Shown here in pieces: positions 1-12,466 of a stretch of 64,000 nucleotides of DNA. The notes under the pieces are model-generated. The model made no database searches. It worked only from the letters and a program-made list of their open reading frames with translations, and was not told the DNA's origin. The stretch lies in assembly GCF_036365525.1 (NCBI RefSeq), contig NC_090399.1, forward strand, positions 21,958,529 to 22,022,528. The letters are read 5' to 3'. Origin of the DNA: Heterodontus francisci (Eukaryota). Made by a program: the position numbers and the translations under genes. Positions within the stretch are counted from its first letter, which is position 1. Every line of letters begins with the position of its first letter.

Positions 1-2620
1 CATTTGCCAATCCCTGCCCACTTTCCCAGTTAATCTATATCCTGTTGTAACCTTAGACAACCTTCTTCACTGTCCATCATACCACCAATTTTGGTGTCAT
101 TTGCAAACTTACTAATCATGCCCTTTACATTCACATCCAAGTCATTAATAGATATGACAAACAACAGAGGGCCCAGCACCGATCCCTGCGGCACACCACT
201 GGTCACCGGCCTCCAATCTGAAAAACAACCCTCCACTACCACCCTCTGCCTCCTATCACCAAGCCAATTTTGTAAACAAATGGCCAGCTCACCCTGGATC
301 CCATGTGTTCGAACCTTCTGGACCAGCCTACCATGCGGGACCTTGTCAAAGGCCTTGCTAAAGTCTATGTAGACAACGTCCATTGCCCTGCCTTTGTCAA
401 TCCTCTTGGTCACCTCCTCAAAAAACTCAATCAAATTTGTGAGACATGATTTCCCACGCACAAAGCCATGCTGACTATCCCTAATCAGACCAAATGCATA
501 TAAATCCTGTCTCTCAGAATCCCTTCCAATAATTTTCCCACCACTGATGTAAGGCTCACCGGCCTGTAGTTCCCCGGCTTATCCCTGCTGCCCTTCTTAA
601 TTAAAGGCACAACATTAGCTATCCTCCAGTCTTCCGGTACCTCACCCATGGCTAACGATGATACAAAAATCTCTGCCAGGGCCCCAGCAATCTCCTCCCT
701 TGCTTCCCAGAGCATCCTAGGATACACCTGGTCAAGCCCTGGGGATTTATCCACCTTAATGCGCTTCAAAAGCTCCAACACCTCCTCCTTTGTAATGTTG
801 ATATGCTCCAGGATATCGCTGTTCCCTCCCTTGAACTCACCAGCTTCCATGACCTTCTCCACGGTAAATACAGACGAGAAGTATTCGTTTAAGACCTTGG
901 CCATTTCCCGTGGCTCCACACATAGATTGCCACACTGATCCTTAAGGGGACCTACTCTCTCCCTAGCTACCCTTTTACTCATAATATACTTATAGAATCT
1001 TTTAGGATTCTCCTTTATCTTATCTGCCAGGAAAATCTCATGGCCCCTTTTTGCCCTCCTAATTTCCTTAAGTGTACTCCTACATTCCCTATACTCCTCG
1101 AGGGACTTGCTTGATCCCAGTTGCCTATACCTGACATATGCCTCCTTCTTTGTCCTGACCAGGCCCTCAATATCCCTCGTCAACCAAGGTTCCCTAAACT
1201 TGCCAGCCTTGCCCTTCCATCTAACAGGAACATGCTGGCCCTGAACTCTTCCTATCTCACTTTTAAAAGCCTCCCACCTGCCTGATGTCCCTTTACCTGT
1301 AAAGAGCCTCTCCCATTCAACTTTTGAGAGCTCATGTCTGATGCCATCGAAATTAGCCTTCCCCCAATTTAGGCCTTCAACCTGAGGACCAGTCCTATCC
1401 TTTTCCATAACTATCTTGACGCTAATAGAGTTATGGTCACTGGTCCCAAAGTGCTCCCCCACTGACACATCAACCACCTGCCCAGCCTCATTTCCCAAGA
1501 GGAGGTCGAGTGTAGCCCCTTCTCTAGTAGGGCCATGCACATACTGCTTCAGAAAACTATCCTGGACACACTTAACAAATTCTTCCCCATCTGATCCCTT
1601 AGCACTAAGGCAGTCCGAGTCAATATTAGGGAAGTTAAAATCACCTACAATTACAACCCTATAATTCCTACACCTATCTGTGATATCACTCCATATATGC
1701 TCCTCCAATTCCCTCTGACTATTGGGGGCCTATAGTATAATCCCATCAAAGTGATTATCCCTTTCTTATTTCTAAGTTCTACCCTTATGGTCTCGCTCGA
1801 CGTTCCCCCCCGGGATATCCTCTCAAAGTACTGCCATGATGACCCCCCTAATCAATAGTGCAACTCCCCCTCCTCTCTTACCTCCACCTCTGTCACGCCG
1901 GATGTATCGGTACCCCGGAACATTGAGCTGCCAGTCCTGCCCATCCCTCAACCACGTTTCCGTAATAGCTATAATATCACAATCCCATGTACTGATCCAT
2001 GCTCTGAGTTCATCTGCCTTACCTGTAAGGCTTCTTGCATTAAAGTAAATGCAGTTTAACCTATCAGATCTTCCACGCTCCCTGTCCTGCCCCTGTCTGG
2101 CCTGCCTACTGGACTTGCTTGCTTTAACCTCTACATTTGTCTCAGCTATCTCATCGGAGAGACTAGGACTTTGGGTCCCACCCCCCTGCAAGACTAGTTT
2201 AAATCTTCGCGAGTAGTACTAGCAAACCTCCCCGCAAGGATATTGGTCCCCCTCCAGTTCAGATGCAACGCGTCCTTCTTGTACAGGTCACCTCTGCACC
2301 AGAAGAGATCCCAATGATCCAAGTAGTTGAAGCCCTGCCGCCTACACCGGCTCTTCAACCACGCATTCATTTGCCTTGTCCTCCTATTCCTACCCTCACT
2401 AGCTTACGATAGAATCCCCTATCACTAAAGCTCTTACACCCCTTTTTCTCCCCTGCTGTGCAGCAGAGCCCTCCGTGGTGCCACGGACCTGGCTGTTGCT
2501 GCTTTCCCCTGGGAGGTCATCCCCCCCAACAGTATCCAAAGCGGTATACCTGTTTGAGAGGGGGATGGCCACAGGGGACTCCTGCACTACCTGCCTGTGC
2601 CTATTACTCCGTCAGGTGGT
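1..2620 (-). mobile_element. CR1 LINE, frameshifted: ORF1 remnant, APE endonuclease and RT (runs off the window start)
   Basis: ORF1 esterase remnant LVIGDSIV (2399-2587); endonuclease YFNARSL...IAITETWL (1823-2191), GDFNFP and SDHN (485-1708); RT DFSKAFDKVPH...GVPQGSVLGP...FAND (30-461). Confidence 0.95.
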
Positions 2621-2849
2621 CACCCATCCCTTACATGAAATATCATGAAGGATGGGATGACTTTTGTAACAATCCCCCAGAACTAAACTAGGATTAAGGG
2701 ACAGGACTAATGGTGAGCAGTAGTGCTCTGCACTGTGACAGCAGCTCCGTCAAAGAATATTTTTAGTAGCTGCAATTAATTACAGCACAGCATGCAGTTG
2801 TGGTGTAGCAACTATAATATTTCAACATGCTTTCACATCCTTCAATGGG

Positions 2850-3545
2850 GCCTCTTTACTCTAGGCTACAGGTTTTTAATGTCAAGGATTGTTTTTCCTG
2901 CAAGGTTTTCTGTTGACTTTCAACATGACCTTCTTAATTTTTGCTGTACCTGCATGTTAACTTTCTGTGAGTTTTGTACAAGGTCACCCAAATCCCTCTG
3001 CATGCCAGCATTTACTCATCCCTCGCCTGTTAAAAAATATTCTGCTTTTCCATTCTTCATACCAAAATGGATAATTTCACACATTCCACACGACACTCCA
3101 GCTCCCATCTTCTTGCCCAATCACTTAACCAGTCTATATCTCTTTGTGTACTCCTCACAGCTTAACTTTCCCACCTAGCTTTGTATTGCAAGCAAACTTA
3201 AATATATTACATTCAGCTCCCTCATCTAAATCATTGATATAGATTGTAAACAGTGTTTTGCTAGATTTTGAGGCCCAAGCACAGGTTCTTGCAGCACTCA
3301 CTAGTTATACCTGCCATCTTGAAAATAACCCATTTATTTGTATTCCATTGTCTGTCCATTAACCAATCCTCAATCCATGCTAATATATTACCCTCCAATC
3401 TTATGTGCCCCAATCTGTGTAGCAATCTCTTCTGTGGCACCTTTCCAAATGCCTTCTGAAAGTCCAGGCACAGTACATCCATGTTCCCCATTATCTACCC
3501 TACTAATTATACCCACCAAAAACTAATAGATTTGAAACATGATTT
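2850..3545 (-). mobile_element. Degenerate CR1 RT fragment
   Basis: ORF 3261-3491 LDFQKAFGKVP...WIEDWL. Confidence 0.75.
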
Positions 3546-3599
3546 CAATATTTATTGCGACTACTCAGAGAAATATCGTCCATGTCAAATCCCCGATGG

Positions 3600-4030
3600 T
3601 CAAGGGGAGGACTCACTAATCATAACTGTGGGTTCAAGTCCAACTCCAGAGACTAGAGCTCAAATATCCAGACTGGCAGTACTGAGGGAGTGCTGCACCA
3701 TCGGAGGTGCAATCTTTCAGATGAGACATTAAACCAAGGCATCATTTGCCCTTTCAGGTGGACGTAAAAGCTTCCATGGCACTATTCCAAGGAGAGCAGG
3801 GGCAGTTGTCCCCAATCTCATGGCCAATATTTATCCCTTGGCCTACATTTAAAACTTCTGTCATTATCACATTGCTGTTGTGGAAGCTTGCTGTGCATAA
3901 ACTGGCAGCTGTGTTTCCTACTTTACTACAGTGACTATGCTTCAAAAGTACTACATTTGCTCTGAAGCGCTTTGAGCTGTCTGGAGGTCATGAAAGGTGC
4001 TATATAAATGCAAGTTCTCCCTTTCTTTTA
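3600..4030 (+). mobile_element. Deu-domain SINE (SacSINE1/AmnSINE1-like)
   Basis: B-box-like GGGTTCAAGTCC at ~3630; central GATGAGACATTAAACC...CAGGTGGACGTAAAAG...CCATGGCACTATT; 3' GAAAGGTGCTATATAAATGCAAG. Recognised from memory of the consensus. Confidence 0.7.
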
Positions 4031-4344
4031 ATACTAACTACTGACAGCTAACACTAACACCTTAACTCCAACCATTAGTCCTAATCCTAACTAATAACAA
4101 CTGACCCTGAATGATGCAGGGTGCTGTTGTGCCATTCTGATGTCACTGATGATTCAGGTTGATTCCAAACCTGGGGGCAGTGGGAGGTGGGGGAGATGAG
4201 ACCATCTAAAGAAATGTTGACAAAAGTACAAAGGGATATAATTTATTTGAATAGTAGCTAGCTCACAGATTGCAATGGGAAGGAGCGGCTCCTTTCCTTT
4301 CTTCTTGCTGTTTTCTTGTCACTGTGTTGGACTCAGAAATTTAG

Positions 4345-4702
4345 GTTTTTTAGATTTAGATTTCGAGATACAGCACTGAAACAGGCCCTTCGGCCCTCTG
4401 AGTCTGTGCCGACCATTAACCACCCATTTATACTAATCCTACACTAATCCCATATTCCTACCACATCCTCACCTGTCCCTATACTCCCCTACCACCTACC
4501 TATACTATGGTCAATTTATAATGGCCAATTTACCTATCAACCTGCAAGTCTTTTGGCTGTGGGAGGAAACCGGAGCACCCGGAGGAAACCCACGCAGACA
4601 CAGGGAGAACTTGCAAACTCCACACAGGCAGTCCCCAGAATTGAACCCGAGTCACTGGAGCTGTGAGGCTGCGTTGCTAACCACTGCGCCACTGTGCCGA
4701 CC
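4345..4702 (-). mobile_element. tRNA-derived V-SINE (HE1-like) with CR1-like tail
   Basis: A/B boxes on the minus strand; V-domain seen on + as GGAGGAAACCGGAGCACCCGGAGGAAACCCACGCAG; closely similar copies at 8262-8602 and 56957-57302. Confidence 0.85.
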
Positions 4703-5110
4703 ATGATAATGCTTACAATATATGCACCAGAGAGTGTTAGATGCTTGTGGTTCACAGGTAATAATTAATAAGGCAGCCAGTTGTTGTAAAACAGATTAGG
4801 AATACAGGAAGTCAAAAAAGACAGGTGTAAGCCTCACCAGAAAATTAGATGTCTCAGTCCCAGGTCCATTCTCATTTTGTGTCCTGCTAGGACTCATCCT
4901 TCTCATATTCAACACCAATTCTAGGGTAATATAGAAAAATTTAAATTTTGAAAAATGGGATGGGGGTGCAGGCTGTGATCAGTGGTTGAACAGTCAAAAT
5001 GAGGAACCAGAGATGTAAAATTAAATGTAGTTTTAGAACAGTGATGAAGAGAAACTTCTTTACACAGAGTGCTGTGAGGCTGTGGAATTCACTTCCGGGT
5101 TAGTGGTTGG

Positions 5111-5345
5111 TGTAATATTCTGAGTATTGTTAGCTTAATACAGAATATCTAAAGACTCTGCTGATGTAAAAGAAACACGAGCTTTATTGAGATACATCTT
5201 ACTGCTATGGCTTACATCTTCCAAGAAACTGCATGAGAGAGCGACACCATGTGGTGTTACATCATTTCCTGGGATGAGATACACAGTATGATTAGCAAAT
5301 TAACCCATTAACAACCCAATGTCCAATAATACAGATTATACTACA
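5111..5345 (-). repeat. 3' LTR of Gypsy element 1
   Basis: TGTAATA...TACTACA termini; aligns with 12232-12466. Confidence 0.9.
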
Positions 5346-6539
5346 CCACCCGCCCTCCTGCTGCCCAAGTCTCTAATTTCCATTTATACATGGACAATCG
5401 CTGTGGCAATTTCACTAGTCTACCATAATGGGTCCTGTTCTCCTTTGGAGGAGATTGATGTTTTAAGTCCTGTGAGCGGTCTCTCTGACTCTGCTGTGCA
5501 AGAGTGGAATTTGTAGATGACTCAGGTTCACCATTTGGGTTGTCCTCTGTATTGGTGGATGAATAAATCATCTGTGGTCCACTAGATTTTGTAGACGACA
5601 GATTCCCCAGAATAGGAGGCTGCTTCTGTATAGCCACCAATGCATGTCTAATCCGTCTCACCAAACCATGCTCTGTTTGGTTAAGGTATGACCGTGGATG
5701 TGGTGTCTGTTCAACCACTTCTCCATATGGATCTTGGTCTCGGATCCAAACTGACTGTCCTGGTTGGAGGTGTGGCGGGTTTCGTGCCTTGTGATGTTTG
5801 TCATAGTTCCGCATCTGGCTGGAACGATCTTTAGAATCATAGAAAGTTTACGGCACAGAAAGAGGCCACTTGGCCCATCGTACCTGTGCTGGCTGAAAAA
5901 TGAGCCAACCAGTCTAATCCCACCTTCCAGCTTTGGTCCGTAGCCCTGCTTTTATAGCACTTGAGGTGCATATCCAGACGCTTTTTAAATGAGTTGAAGG
6001 TTTCTGCCTCTACTACCCTTTCTGGCAGTGAGTTTGTCCTCTTTCTGTCTCACTTTGTCCAAATCATCAACTCATATTTGTGGCATGAGTATGTGAGAGT
6101 GTAGGAAGTTGGGTTTTCAGTCTTCTTCCGATTAGAGTTCACATGGCGCTGGACCATTTTGGAGTGGAGTTGAACGATTGCTCAGAAGTGCAAGTTGGAC
6201 ATCATCGTTCTTCTTCAGCAATCTTTCACCGTATGCTCTTCTCTTTCAGCCACACCGTTGGCTTGAGGGTATCTTGGTGAACTGGTGGTATGAACAAATC
6301 CATACGATAACATGAACTCTTTAAAGTATTTGTTGGCAAAATGCGGTCCATTGTCTGAGATTACAAGGTCTGGGATTCCATGTGTTGCAAATATCTCCTT
6401 CAGAGGTGTGACCCTGCAGTAGCTTGACTTCTATCCATCTGGAGTAGAAGTCTACTACGATCAAGAACATTTTACCTCTGTGTTTGAAAAGGTCCATCCC
6501 AAGACATTCCCATGGTCTTCATGGAAAGGAAGATTACAT

Positions 6540-7628
6540 TTTCACGGCCGGGTGAGGACAGGGTCTCAGCTCCCCTCTTGCCCTTCCTCTTATTTGACTG
6601 CAACAGGGTTTATTCCTTTTTAACCACTGGTTGTGCTTATCACCTCAGTGAGTGTTTTACCTTTTACCTTTAATGTGATTGTGAAAGTACCAATTGGACA
6701 GGTTCTCTTGAGTTTAAACAAGAAAGAGGTGAGTTTATTATACTTAACAACCTAAACCCAATCTGAAAAAAATGATAAAAATATATGCCACACATTCACA
6801 TGAGAATCACACACACAAAATAGATTACTGAGTAAAAAGTAGATTTTGTGGTTGGATTAGAGTCCAGAATAAGTAAAAATTAAATACACAGTCTGTGAAG
6901 TTGGATGATTTGTTGGTCTTCCGGATGAAGTTCTATTCTTGAAGTCTTTGGCTGGTCAAAGTGTACTTTATGGCTGGCCTGCTTGGCTCAGGGTTTTCTT
7001 GGAGGCAGACTTGTAGGTGGCTCTCTTCCCCATTCTCTGCCTATAGCAATCTGAAGGCTGCGAGGGTCCACAGTCACAGCCAGTTTTCAAACTTGGGGTG
7101 TTACCTGGAGAGGGAGAGAGAGAGAGAGAGAGAGATGCACACAGCCTTTCTGCTGCTGCACAGTCTGAGTCACTTCTCATCTCTTTTTGTTCAAGGAAAC
7201 TCCCAGTTTTCACAGAGATGGACAGATGGTCACATGACTGCCTACGTGTACTCTCTGGAATGTTCTAATGAGATTCAAGGTTCAGAATTGGCTCCTCAGG
7301 CCTCAGAATGCCAATAATTATACTTGGGGGGTTTTTCTCTTTCAAAGGCAAGGTGTCAGGATTGCCTTGAATGCCATGCTAATGAAGCAATCTTGGGTAA
7401 TTCAATCACTTATTGCAAGCCATTGTTCTAGTTCCATGCTCCTCAGACCTCTGTCTCCTGTTAGAGACCTTGGAATGTGACAAGGTGTTTCAGATGCAAA
7501 TTGCGGTGGCCAACACGGCTGCCCATCCTTTACAAGTTAACTGCAGGATTTTTTTCATTGAAAGTTACATGTACGTTTCCAACTGATAAATTAATATTTC
7601 TCATTCAGCATATCCTGTCTTGTTGACA
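6540..7628 (-). mobile_element. Solo LTR inserted in the Gypsy integrase region
   Basis: TTTCACGG (mutated TG)...TTGACA termini; 4-bp TSD ACAT (6536-6539, 7629-7632); host sequence rejoins when it is removed; internal (GA)n at ~7113-7134. Confidence 0.75.
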
Positions 7629-8261
7629 ACATCAACAGTTCTGTTGTCTCTTGATGATGAATAACACAAGTAATACAGCTTGCTATCCTCTTTTTGAATG
7701 ATTTTGGCCACCAAACAGAATATCATATTCTGGCTTGACTTTTAGTGATACTCAATTGTCCACGGTGTGATCTTTGTAGTATGTCTAGTCTCAGAATTCT
7801 CAGGATGACCAATCTCTCATCATAAAAGAGTAAATAATCAACTACACTGAGATGTCTTCTCTGTTCATAGTACTGTCTGCGAATGTGTGTGGCTTATATG
7901 CTGGCCATCCTTTGACGCAGTACTCTCTGACCTGAGCACATTCTTGATCAGATTTCTATACATCAATGATTTCATTAAGTTGCTGAGTTGTTGCTGGTAG
8001 AGTTGTGGTTGTGGCCAACGCAAAGATTTCTACCTCTTCAACAAGGACAACATCACCTTGTTCACATCTTGCTACTGGTATGGGGGACAAAGCATGTGAT
8101 CTGCTGCTTTCCTGGATAATACTCTGTCTTTGCATCAAAAGTCATCATCCTCAATCTGAATTGTTGTAGTTGTGGAAGCATTTTTGCTAACTCCTTCAAA
8201 CTTAAGAGGGTCACCAAAGGTTTGTGGTCTGTCTCTACCTTGAAATGAGGACCAAGAACAT

Positions 8262-8602
8262 AATAGAGTCATCGAGTGATACAGCACTGAAACAGGCCTT
8301 TCAGCTCACTGAGTCTGTGCTGACCAACAACCACCCATTTATACTAATCCTACATTAATCCAATATTCCCTACCACATCCCGACCATTCTCCTACCACCT
8401 ACCTACACCCGGGGCAACTTACAATGGCCAATTTACCTATCAACCTGCAAGTCTTTGGCTGTGGGAGGAAACCAGAGCACCCAGCAGAAACCCACACAGT
8501 CACAGGGAGACTTGCAAACTCCATGCAGGCATAACGCAGAACCGAACCCGGGTTGCTGGAGCTGTGAGGCTGCGGTGCTAACCACGGCACCACTGTGCCA
8601 CC
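8262..8602 (-). mobile_element. HE1-like V-SINE inside the Gypsy RNase H region
   Basis: Homologous to 4345-4702. Confidence 0.85.
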
Positions 8603-10402
8603 CTGCAAATTTTTCACAAGGCCATGTAACCGCTGGTGCTTCTTTCTCTATCACTACATACCTCTGTTCATTCTCTGTCAGTGAACAGCATGCGTGGTAA
8701 ACTGGTCTACACTTTTCACCCATCTGTATCTGGAAGAGTACAGCTCCCAGTCCTGTAGAAGATGCATCTGCAGCAATGATAGTGGGTAGTTCTGGGTCAT
8801 AGTGAGCCATCACACCAGATGATATCCGCAGCTCCTTGATTTTCTCAAACATCTCTGTTGTGCTTCATCCCAGCACCATGTATTGTCCTATTGCAACAGT
8901 TGACGTAGTGGCTGATTGACTACAGCTAGGTTGAGCAGAAACTTTCCAACCTGGTTTACCATACCTATGAATCTCTGGAGCTCAATATGTTCCAAGGAGC
9001 TGGAAACTCCTTGATTGCTCTCATCTTCTGTGGATCATCTGTTGATACAAAACCTTCCAAATGGAGTAATGAAGGCTGTGAGCAACTTAGCCTCTTCATC
9101 AAGGAGTAGTTGCCAAAAAGCACTATTTGTGCCTAGCTTCATGAAGATTGAGCTCTTTTCCAATTGAGTTAAACTCTCATCCACCAATGACATGGGATGA
9201 ATTTCACATTCAACTGCCTTGTAAAATTGACACAAATTCGAATAGATCCATTGGGTTTTGGCACCAGGACCATCCCTGAGCACCATCTTGTAGGTTCTGT
9301 CACAGGTGAAATAACTCCTTGCTTCACCATAGAGTCAATTCTTTTGTTTACTCTTAGCAAGAGTGGGTGATAAACATTTCTGGGTGTAAGCAGGCACACT
9401 GGCTTCATTTCTGGATGTAGGATTGTATGGTATGCTGTCTTCAGCTTCCCTAGTCCCATGAACAGCTGTGGGAGTTCAGCTCTAAAGTTTCTAGACTGAT
9501 CTGCTCGACTTTCCAGCTGCTCAACTCTGTAAATCAGATGCAAGTTGATACAAGCCTTCCTGCTCAAAAGTGAACAACTTTGATTTTGAATCACATACAA
9601 TGTTTCTGTGATTTCTTTTTCGTGATATTAGATAGTTGCTTTCAGTTCTCATCTGACTTGGGGTTCGATCCCTCCTGGCTCATATGATCTGTTGCCTGAT
9701 GGCTGAAGAGCTCTCTTCTCTAACCATGAGTTGGCATCAGGAAAATCTGGAACTGCTGCACCAGCGTCGAGCTTAAAATGCATTTTGTTTCCCTCTACTG
9801 AGATCTCTGCACATCAACAACTTCAGCTTGGTTCCTGGATCTCTCCAAGGAAAGGTACGTCAACATCATGGATAGCCTTTACTTCATGGATCTTGTCACC
9901 TTTTGAAGGTTTCCCTTTATGTGTATTCTGTACCGGCTTTTTGCGATGGCATACTGCCTGGAAGTGGCTTATCTTTCTGCTTAAATGCCATTCAGCCTCT
10001 TTGGTGGGACAGTTTTCCTGCCTATGACTCTCTTGGCCACACCCACTTCAGTAAACTTGGGCTGCTGAAACACGCTCCTCCTATCTCCCCTGCTTTTTAA
10101 TGCCAGCTTTCTCTTTTTAAAAAAATATTTAACAAACTCTACTGAGTCGGCAGCTTTCGAGGTGGAGTTCTCCCTGTCATCTCTAACTGTGCATCGATAC
10201 TATTTCCTGATCTCTGCTTTCCTGCTCAATTGAATTGCCTTTGCTAAAGTTGGATCATCTCTTCACTGAAAGTGGTCATCCAATACTCCAATGACAATCC
10301 TGTCTATGATCAGGTTATCTTTCAAGCCATCATACTCACAGTCCTCTGCAAGTTTATGCAGGTCATTTATAAATGCATCAACACTTTCCCCTTGACATCA
10401 AG

Positions 10403-11446
10403 TGATTTATGACTTTAACCCCATATAGGGACTGGCATGAAGACCCCACCTGCCAAGAATGAGGCACATTAATTTTATCATATGAACATTAATTTTAAAC
10501 TGCTGACGGACTGCCAACTAGCAGTTGGCAGGAAAAATGACAGAAGCCAAGGGGAGAGCCAACTGCCAGCCCCGACAACCAATTTAACCTGCAGCACCTG
10601 TGGAAGAGTGTGTCACTCTGGAATTGGCCTTTATAGCCACTCCAGGCGCTGCTCCACAAACCATTGACCACCTCCAGGCGCTTACCCATTGTCTCTCAAG
10701 ACAAGGAGGCCAAAGAAGAAGAAGAAGATGATGGACTGAAAAGATGACTTGTTTAAAAAGAGATTACAGCAGTGGCTAGGAACATTTGCATGCTAACTGA
10801 CAGTTGCCTGGAGAGACAATGCAACTGCTCCCTGATCCAATCAACCCAAATGGATTTTGATCACCAGACATTGAATGTGTAACAAGCCAGCATTCCATCC
10901 ACTGCCCTTCCCCCCCCCCCCCCCCCCCCCCCCTCACCCCCGGCTCTCTCCCTCGCTCACGAATTTCCAGGTCCACTGAAGCCACTTAAACCTCGAGAGA
11001 AGACTCCTACTTTGAAGCAAGTTTGAAAGCGTGCACTGGGCCCCAACAAAATGCAAGATTTAATGCAATCAAAGACTCTACATCGAACTCAAAATCGTAA
11101 ATGAACTCTAGCTATTGCGTCAAACTTTTCCCCTTCATTCTTTCTCCTTTTCTGTCTCTATCTGCATGTGTATTTTTCGCGTATGCATGCTAGCATGGTC
11201 GCATCGCATACTCATAGCAGTTTTAATCGAATTAGAGTTTTAAGATGAATAAACTTACACCTTTCTTGTTTAAATCTAAGAAAACCTGTCTGGTTGATTT
11301 CTTTGTCTTACAATTGGAGAGCAGTAAACAAGAATTCACTGAGGGGGAGCTAAAACATGGTGTTTTGAAAATTAAACCCTGTTACAGTCAAACCAGGAAA
11401 CGGCTGAAAGGGAACCCCTTGACCCTTTTCTCACCTGGTTGTAACA
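10403..11446 (+). mobile_element. Solo LTR-like element (5' end uncertain), containing an RTE 3' fragment and a poly-C run
   Basis: Ends CACCTGGTTGTAACA; shares AAGAAAACCTG(T/C)C motif with 41447-42092 and 54219-55097. Confidence 0.6.
10516..10727 (+). mobile_element. RTE LINE 3' fragment
   Basis: Matches 21705-21903; C-terminal CSTCGRVCHSGIGLYSH; (GAA)n tail. Confidence 0.85.
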
Positions 11447-12231
11447 GGGACTAAACCAAATCAGGAGTACTTCCCTGTGAATCTCTTTCAATGAAGTTCA
11501 AACCAAACAGATTCTCACAGACACTTGTTTGAGTCTGAAGAAGTGAACTAGCTCTTCCTCAAAGAAAGAAATCAACAGAGAATATTAGCATCTTTTAGAT
11601 AGCAATAAATTATTAAAAAATAGTCTAAGTCAGAAATATCCCAAAAATTATAAGGGTCTGGGAAACTCTCTTTAATATGTATCTCCACACTTAAGGAGAA
11701 TACACAGAGGGGGTTCTTGTAGTTGTATACAGAATACTACATGAGACAATTTATGAACTTCTTTAAATTTATTAAAGGAATGAATATACAAAACACTTTA
11801 AGTGGCTAAGTATACTACAACATAAAAGATGTAAAGCATAATCTTATTTCTAAAATAGAATCTAAAAATTTAACCTGACAATGTTACAGCAAAATGTCTT
11901 AGAATATCCATCAAAATCCAAAGTAAGCTGTTACCTTAAATTCCCTGAGTGGGCCTCGGGCTTCACAAGATAAAGCACTCTCGGTCAAGAGTAGAGTTCT
12001 CTTGTCACACAGTCAGTCGCCTTTACCATTGGTTGAGAAGCATCGCTGAGGAATTCAATATTTCTGATTTTTCGATTCAAAAACTCTCACGTTTATACTG
12101 TTTCTAATCAATTAGCTCATCCTTTGCAAATGTGGGTGCGACCTTTCTGTAGATTTTCCTCCCTCATTCATTATCCATATATGGTTGTATTATTCACTAT
12201 TATCTCCAATTAATTTAACTGTTGAGAATTA

Positions 12232-12466
12232 TATATTATTCCAAGTATTGTTAGCTTAATACAGAATATCCAAAGAGTCTGCTGATATAAATGAAACAGG
12301 ACCTTTATTGAGTAACGTCTTGCTGCTATGGCTTACATCATCCAAAAGATGGTATGAGGGATCCACACCATGTAGTGTACCATCACTTCCTGTGATGGGG
12401 TACACAGTATGATTAGCATTATAACCCATTAACAACCCATAGTCCAAAATAGCACATTATACTACA
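12232..12466 (-). repeat. 5' LTR of Gypsy element 1
   Basis: Same length as and colinear with 5111-5345; followed by TSD GTTGG. Confidence 0.9.

Larger units (their letters stand above)
5111..12466 (-). mobile_element. Decayed Gypsy/Ty3 LTR retrotransposon with nested insertions
   Basis: Two 235-bp LTRs (5111-5345, 12232-12466); 5-bp TSD GTTGG (5106-5110, 12467-12471); polypurine tract next to 5346; protease FKLDAGAAV (~9770); RT WCSGMVLVPKPNGSIRICV (9169-9600); RNase H AADASSTGLGAVL...EKEA (8433-8852); integrase remnants at ~6050-6540 and 7630-8000. Confidence 0.92.

Noticed and set aside
4030-4110. CTAA-rich stretch resembling telomeric repeats
   Set aside because: Too degenerate; no run of CCCTAA units
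10910-10933. Poly-C run and Gly-rich ORF 10776-10985
   Set aside because: Homopolymer inside a solo LTR; not coding and length is unreliable
11447-12231. Possible further solo LTR or Gypsy leader
   Set aside because: No confident termini, TSD or PBS
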